NCBI RefSeq assembly: GCF_009914755.1
Contig: NC_060934.1
Reading direction: 5' to 3' (one strand)
Source: the human T2T-CHM13v2.0 reference genome, Homo sapiens
DNA: 64,000 bases
Shown: positions 1-64,000 of the stretch, piece after piece
Layout of the letters: the number at the start of each line of letters is the position of its first letter
Numbering within the stretch: position 1 is the stretch's first letter
Position numbers and translations under genes: made by a program
The notes under the pieces: model-generated
Database searches by the model: none
What the model saw: the letters and a program-made list of their open reading frames with translations, nothing else
Told to the model about the DNA's origin: nothing

Positions 1-22011
<22,011 letters not shown>

Positions 22012-22680
22012 CTAGACAGGGAAGCCTTGTGGGTGTGAGCAGCACCCATCCACCGTCCCCTCCCAGGGAGCAAGGGCAGGGACAGGGCCGGTCGGGGGGG
22101 ACCCTCCAAGGCCAGGCCTTGGGGACAACCTTGGCTTGGCCCTGGCAGCCCGCATCAGCTGCTCAGATCCCACTTTTGCCAGACGCTCATTCAGCATCTG
22201 ACCTCTACCTTCATAAGATCTGTTATTTTTATAAGAAAACCAAACAAAAATGTTAAGCATCTAAGGACAAGGTAAGGAGGGTCACTGGGGCCCAAGAGTC
22301 TGGGGACCAGCTTGGCTCAGGCTGAGCTGAAAGAGGCCAAACAGGCCCTCCTCCCTCCCGGCTCCACCCCGCAAGCACCATCCCCTCCGGCTAAGCAGGC
22401 GCAAGGGAGGCCCAGCGCGGACATCCCCTGCTGGCCGGACACCCGACTCCAGTCCAAGTCTCGCTACATTTCCGCCACATCCCTCTCTGCTGGACGTCCA
22501 GGTGGAGGTGGCATCCCCACGTGGACAAGAAAGTCAATGTCAATGAACAAGCATTCTCTCCATTTCACTGGCTTCCCAAATGTGTGCCCAGCTTATAAAC
22601 AGAAGTGACTGATGTTCCCTCCGGTTTTGAATGTGGAGTGTTTGTGTGTGTTCCTTTTTTAAATTAAGTTATTCCCTCAA
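22012..22680 (+). other. CDH23: CDH23 3' UTR (end approximate)
   Basis: Follows stop; no canonical AATAAA; TATAAA variant at 22594-22599 followed by GT/T-rich tract 22625-22660. Confidence 0.6.
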
Positions 22681-23029
22681 TAGTTTCCCCTTGGTTTTGT
22701 TTAACTGGTACTCACTACAAGTTTCTGGAATGGTTTGTTTAAAAATCAAGGCAACTCTCAAGGAACTGGCAACGTGCTCTGACTCTGGCCTCTAGGGAGC
22801 AGGGACAGGGGCAGGTGAAGAGCAGAGCCGACCTTCAGGTGCGCCTGACCTACTGCTGGCCCTGAGTCTTGGGGAGGATGAGGTGCGATCTTCCTTTATC
22901 CACTTTGCTTTCATTCTCTGGCCAAGATGGGTCATGGGAGTGCTGGGCCCCAAAGGTGTCATGGGCTCAGAGCTCATCAGAGAGGAACAAACTCTTCCAG
23001 CTGAAGGGTCACAGAAACATTAGGCCCAG

Positions 23030-24173
23030 ATCTGGCTAACAGAATTTTATTGTTAAATCACAGAAACTTTAGTGCAAAACAAAAATCACGAAGTCCATTT
23101 AATAGCAACTTCATGTCCTGCTGGCTTTGCTTGCTGTCTCCTGGCAACCAGAAGTGGACAGAAGCGTGGGTGCCCAAGTGGGCCACAGACAGCTTCCAAC
23201 CCCCACACCCCAGCATCCAATCCACACCCAGCAGACCCTTCGGCATGCCGCCCTCTACCAGGAAGCCAGAGGCCTAGGAGCTCGCCATCCATATTTATTT
23301 GAAAAGGTCAAAAGGAGCATCTATGAGACAAGGGAGGGGTGCAGGCTGAAGCAGCGCCTCAACAGCCAGGGACATGTAGGCAACACGAGCAGGCACAGCG
23401 CGGCCACCACTGTCCACACGCTCACACAAGCCAGGCCCGCAGGGCCTTCGGAGAGCTAGCAGGTTACATTCAGGCAGATGGCCCTCTTCCCACCCAAACC
23501 CACAGAACCCCAAACAAGGCATCACCAGGAAAGACACGGGAAAGCCAAATCACAGTTGAACCAGGGACAGAGAACCCTTGGCCCCACTGATGTCCCAAGC
23601 CACCAGCAGCTGCTTCCAAAATCCCTATGCTATTACAGTGGGAATTACATCATTTAAAAAGCCTGATTATTCCAGGCTTCTAATCTTTCATATAAAACTG
23701 CCTTTGTTTTGCTGCTTTGTTCAACTGAGAGGCCCAGGAAAGCGGGGAGGGTCCCTGATCAGGGCAGGAGGCCACCTCAGAAGCCCAGGCCCACCAGTGC
23801 CCAAGCACATGTCAGGGCTCAGAACAAGGCCTCAACCAAGAGGGTTGATGGCCTCCAGTCAAGAAACTGTGGCTCATGCCAGCAGAGCTCTCTCCTCCTC
23901 CAGCAGGCGCCATGCAAGGGCAGGCTAAAAGACCTCCAGTGCATCAACATCCATCTAGCAGAGAGAAAAGGGGCACTGAAGCAGCTATGTCTGCCAGGGG
24001 CTAGGGGCTCCCTTGCAGACAGCAATGCTACAATAAAGGACACAGAAATGGGGGAGGTGGGGGAGCCCTATTTTTATAACAAAGTCAAACAGATCTGTGC
24101 GTTCATTCCCCCAGACACACAAGTAGAAAAAAACCAATGCTGTGGTTTCTGCCAAGATGGAATATTCCTCCTC
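23030..24173 (-). other. PSAP: PSAP 3' UTR
   Basis: Between TAG (24174-24176) and minus-strand AATAAA at 23046-23051; cleavage site approximate. Confidence 0.85.
23046..23051 (-). terminator. PSAP: PSAP distal polyadenylation signal AATAAA
   Basis: tttatt on + strand; further hexamers ATTAAA (23098-23103) and AATAAA (23294-23299) on the - strand. Confidence 0.8.
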
Positions 24174-57945
<33,772 letters not shown>

Positions 57946-58284
57946 AGCGCCGTCTGACTCCGCAGTCTGCAATGCGGAGCGTCAGCTGATCCCCCGCAGA
58001 TATAAATCTGCCCTGCCCCAAAGCCGTCCAGAGCGCAGGCGCTAACCCCGCCCCATCCGGGCCTGCCCGAGCTCGACAGCGCCCTGACTCAGCGCCTCTG
58101 AGGGCGCCTGCGCGAAGGGGAGGCCAATAGGAGGGGGCAATGGGAGGGGCGAAAGGAAGGGCTATGGGGAGGAGTGAGGAAGAACTTGGAGAAAGGGAAG
58201 GGAAAGGTCATAAAAGAAAAGCCCTACTAATTGAATAGGTCAGAGATTATATATGTAAAATACCTTTTAAATCTCCACATTGTT

Positions 58285-58414
58285 GGCCGGCCGCGGTGGC
58301 TGACGCCTGTAATCCCAACACTTGGGAGGCCGAGGCGGGCGGAGGGTTCAAGACTAGCCTGGGCAACGTGGTGAAACCCCATCTCTACAAAAAAAAAATA
58401 CAAAAAAATTAGCC
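58285..58414 (+). mobile_element. Alu left arm
   Basis: ggccggccgcggtggc...aaaattagcc then non-Alu. Confidence 0.88.
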
Positions 58415-58550
58415 CATTGTAGTAGCGGGTTTCACATAGAATAGCTTGGGGTTTCACATAGAATAAGTAGTCGTGTAACAGGGTACAGGGCTCAGTCCTG
58501 GCCAGGGGCACGTGGGGGCAGGTGGTGGCACCTGGTCAAAGGCAAGTCTG

Positions 58551-58857
58551 GGCTGGGCATGCTGGCTCACTCCTGTAATCCTAACACTTTGGGAGGCCGA
58601 GGCGGGCGGATCATGAGGTCAGGAGTTCAAGACCAGCCTGGCCAATATGGTGAAACCCTGTCTCTACTAAAAATACAAAAATTAGTCAGGCGTGGTGGCG
58701 CTCGCCTGTGGTTCCAGCTATTTCAGGAGGCAGAGGCAGGAAAATTGCTTAAACCCGGGAGGTGGAGGTTGCCGTGAGTCAAGATCGCACTACTGCACTG
58801 CAGCCTGGACCACAGAGCGAGAGAGATTCCCATCACCAAAAAAAAAAAAACAAAAAA
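58551..58857 (+). mobile_element. Alu (AluSg/Sx-like)
   Basis: Full-length. Confidence 0.93.
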
Positions 58858-58889
58858 CTTTTAAGCCTCACATTGTGGTACTGTTAAAG

Positions 58890-59040
58890 ATGTAATACCA
58901 TTCCTCACCCATCATAAGAGATCATAAGAGTCACAACCAACACTCCTGTAACGAGACAGCTTAAGAGAAAAGCATAACAAATTTATGTAATCAACGTTTT
59001 ATGTGACATGGAAGCCTTCAGAAATTAAGACCCAAAGACC
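58890..59040. mobile_element. Probable ERV1 LTR fragment
   Basis: cctcacccatcataag...aaaagcataacaaatttat...agacccaaagacc resembles MER31/MER67-type LTRs (recall). Confidence 0.45.
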
Positions 59041-59645
59041 CTCTGCCTGTGGCTGCCCCTGCCAGGACCTGAACAGAGAATGATGATGACCCTCTCCAGA
59101 AGGATAAGAACCTGCCAACCGCAAGGCAGGGAAAGGAGGGGAATCTTAGCCCCTTAGGGCAGGCACTTAGAGGTCATTTACCTGTAGGGACATTGAGCCT
59201 AGGAGAGGGCAAGACGTTTATCCAAGGTCACACAACAGGTAGAGATAGAACCTGGCCCGAAGCCAGGTTTCCTGACCCAGGAAGGGCAAACCTACAGTTC
59301 CTCCAACTTCCTCCAATCTGCAATCCGCTCTGGAGAACAACCCCAGGGACTAAGGCCTCAGAACCTTCAGTTCTGCTCCCCTGCAATCTCCCTAAGTGCC
59401 CCCAGCCCCCACCACAGCTCTGACTTCCTCTGGGGAGCCAGATGGGGAAGTGTGCCCCATGCACCACAGTGGGCCATGTGAGGCAGCTGAGTGAGTTGGG
59501 ACAAGATGTGGTCTCAACTGGACGCCTCACAGGTCGGCCTCAGTGGCCAGATGGAGACTTCGTGGCTGCTCCACCTTTGGGCTTCCCAAGGCCAGGCAGA
59601 AGCGTGGGGCAGACCACACAACAACTGGTTAAAAGCAAGGGAGCT

Positions 59646-59977
<332 letters not shown>

Positions 59978-60138
59978 CTAGGACAAATCCCCCATCCTTC
60001 AGCTCCTTGCAGATGGAGGAGCAAAGCATCCCAGTGCTCCATGCAGAGGTTACAGGACCCCAAGCCAAAAGGACGCTCAGAGACCTCAGATCATCCCCTC
60101 TCATCTTATAGAGCTACTGACATCTCAGGGCTGGTTAA

Positions 60139-60487
<349 letters not shown>

Positions 60488-61017
60488 CTCCTTTTTTTTT
60501 TTTTTAAATATTCCTCCTTCATACCTAGAGGAATATGTCAGTGTTTTTGAGAGAAACTTTTGCTGCCTTTCATCTCCTCACCTGTAACTCAACAGTAATA
60601 TGCTGCTTCATCCGCCTCGTCCTGAACCCCATGAGGACAGAATTTTAACAAAGAATATAAAAGCAATAAGTAGATTATTATTAATTTTTTTTACCTTGTC
60701 AGTAGACGCTTAAATCCTCTTAAAAAAAAAAAAAAAAAAAAAAACCTTCTGAACCATCTGCGTGTAGGCAACAAGAGCTGTGAAGCTCCTCAAACCCTCT
60801 GGCTCTCTTATGCCTTTCCTAGCTATGTACCCTCAGGGAAATACTCCAGAAGTGAAGGAATATTTTGTCCGAAGTGTTCACAGAAGGGCCCTTTAGAAAC
60901 ATGGAAGCTGGAAAGATCCCAAGTGCTGAACAATGAAGAGATGACTGTGGAAACTGGCTGGACAGAGCAACGGTACTGAAGCAGCTTTGAAACAGGAGGA
61001 GGAGGGAGCAAGGGCTA

Positions 61018-61473
<456 letters not shown>

Positions 61474-61907
61474 AGATCCTGCAGCCTGCCGCACCCCAAA
61501 GAGAGGATGCACGGGCAGCCATGGCCCTCCACCCTGTCCCTCTCCCTCCCACAAGTGCAGGATTTCAGCCAGGAGGGGAACAGAGAATTGGAAGTAGGGG
61601 GGAAATTCTGACTTTGGATTAACTCATCTTGCATTATTTCACTCATGGAAATGTCCACATTGCAATTTTTAAAAAACAAAATTAATATAGGAAATTTTAA
61701 AAGAGAAAAGAAAATCCCTTCCACTACCACCCTCTGGGAGCTCAAGTCTTCAAGGAACTGAAAAGATATTTTTCCTTAGAAATGTGAGCCACGCTTAAGG
61801 TTTCTCAATGGCCTTCCAGTTCTGGATCTCAGTTCTGCATGAGGCCCCAATTTTCATGTCTGAGATCTCTTGAAATCCCCACCTGTCAGACCCTTTTAAT
61901 AATTTTC

Positions 61908-62198
61908 CAGCCGGGCATGGTGGCTCATGCCTGTAATCCCAGCACTTTGGGAGGCCAAGGTGAGAGGATCACTTGAGCCCAGGAGTTGGAGACTATCCTG
62001 GGCAACATGACGAAACCCTGTCTTTACAAAAAAATGCAAAAATTAGCCAGGTGTGGCGACACAGGTCTGTGATCCCAGCTACTCCAGAGGCTATGGGACG
62101 GGAGGACGGCTTGAGCCCAAGAGGTTGAGGCTGCAGTGGTGCACCTCTGCTTGTCAGCCGGGGCAACGGAGCAAGACCCCATCTCAAATAATAATAAT
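61908..62198 (+). mobile_element. Alu (AluJ-like)
   Basis: Dimeric with (TAA)n tail. Confidence 0.9.
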
Positions 62199-62749
62199 GA
62201 TGTTCCCTGTGGCCCCAGATGGCCTCCATCTGTTACTTTTTCTACAACTGAAAGTTCCGGCCAAGACAGCCAAGGAGATAAGACATATCTACCATTGAGG
62301 CCCAGCCCACCTGCTTGGCCCCAAGGCTCCACTCCAGTGCCCTAAACAGCAACCCTGGAGCCCCCTAATGCCCTGGAAGCCTCCCTTGACCCCTCACCCT
62401 GTCTCAAACAATGACAGGTTCTCTCCCTCCAGCATCTTCCTACTCGAGACCTCTGGCTTCAGACCCTCTAGCCTGCACTTGTCCTTGTGCCTGGAATGAG
62501 ACCTCAGGTGTCACTCAAGGCAGGCTCAGGCTGTCCCAGGGACACCTCTCCCATCACCCACCAATTCCCAACCTCTGACTTCTCCTCCTATACCCCCACC
62601 TCCCCTGGACTGATGGAGCACTCAACAGTGCAGCCAAGCTCACCAAGCCCTCTGTGCTTCTCAGCACCTATTTAGCCTCCCCTGTGGCAGAGTCTGCTAC
62701 ACCCTCTAATATCATTCACCCCCTTCTCCTTGATTTGATAGTTACTAAT

Positions 62750-63740
<991 letters not shown>

Positions 63741-64000
63741 TGCTCAAGCCCCTATGTAATTTTTAATTTATTTCACACCCATTTACTGTTTTACTCCTTC
63801 CCTTTCTCTAAGAAGATGTCCTTCCTCTTCTTTGCAAGGCTTTGTGTATTTTCCTCCCCTTTGCAAGTTTAGCCACTAAACACTACTATGCTTTTGCTGA
63901 TCAGCTCCTGTGACTTTTAGGACAGGACTGATATTCTGTCTATTTTGGTTGTTTAATGCCTGCGTCCTTCACTTTGTTGAATTAATTATTTCCTAACTGC

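Noticed and set aside
57946-57972. In-frame upstream TTG extension of PSAP (MQTAESDGA)
   Set aside because: Near-cognate codon very close to the probable 5' end; no support beyond an open frame

Overview
Human (primate) genomic DNA recognisable as the CDH23/PSAP locus (10q22, recalled). + strand 1-~22.7 kb: the last 23 exons of cadherin-23 (EC repeats, transmembrane exon, cytoplasmic tail ending ITEL*), including the 105-nt alternatively spliced 'exon 68' and two internal alternative first exons (short isoforms B and C). - strand ~23.0-58.0 kb: the complete prosaposin gene (14 constitutive coding exons summing to 1575 nt = 524 aa + stop, plus the 9/6-nt QDQ/DQ microexon) with its CpG-island promoter; the two genes end tail-to-tail a few hundred bp apart. 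Exon boundaries were read from GT/AG sites and frame continuity; exon numbers, isoform names and repeat subfamilies are from recall, not searches. The rest is Alu-dense intron/intergenic DNA with THE1 and MER4 solo LTRs, DNA-transposon and L1/L2/MIR fossils. No CRISPR, rRNA or tRNA. No new gene system is evident. The most interesting unexplained signals are: a chained uORF leader with a poly-Arg uORF and TAATG stop/start overlap in front of CDH23 isoform B; a 2x NF-kB + 4x GC-box module in a 170-nt CDH23 intron; and a compound insertion at 53.9-54.4 kb (Alu carrying a 99-bp locally templated insert, next to a polyadenylated LTR fragment, with a triplicated target site).
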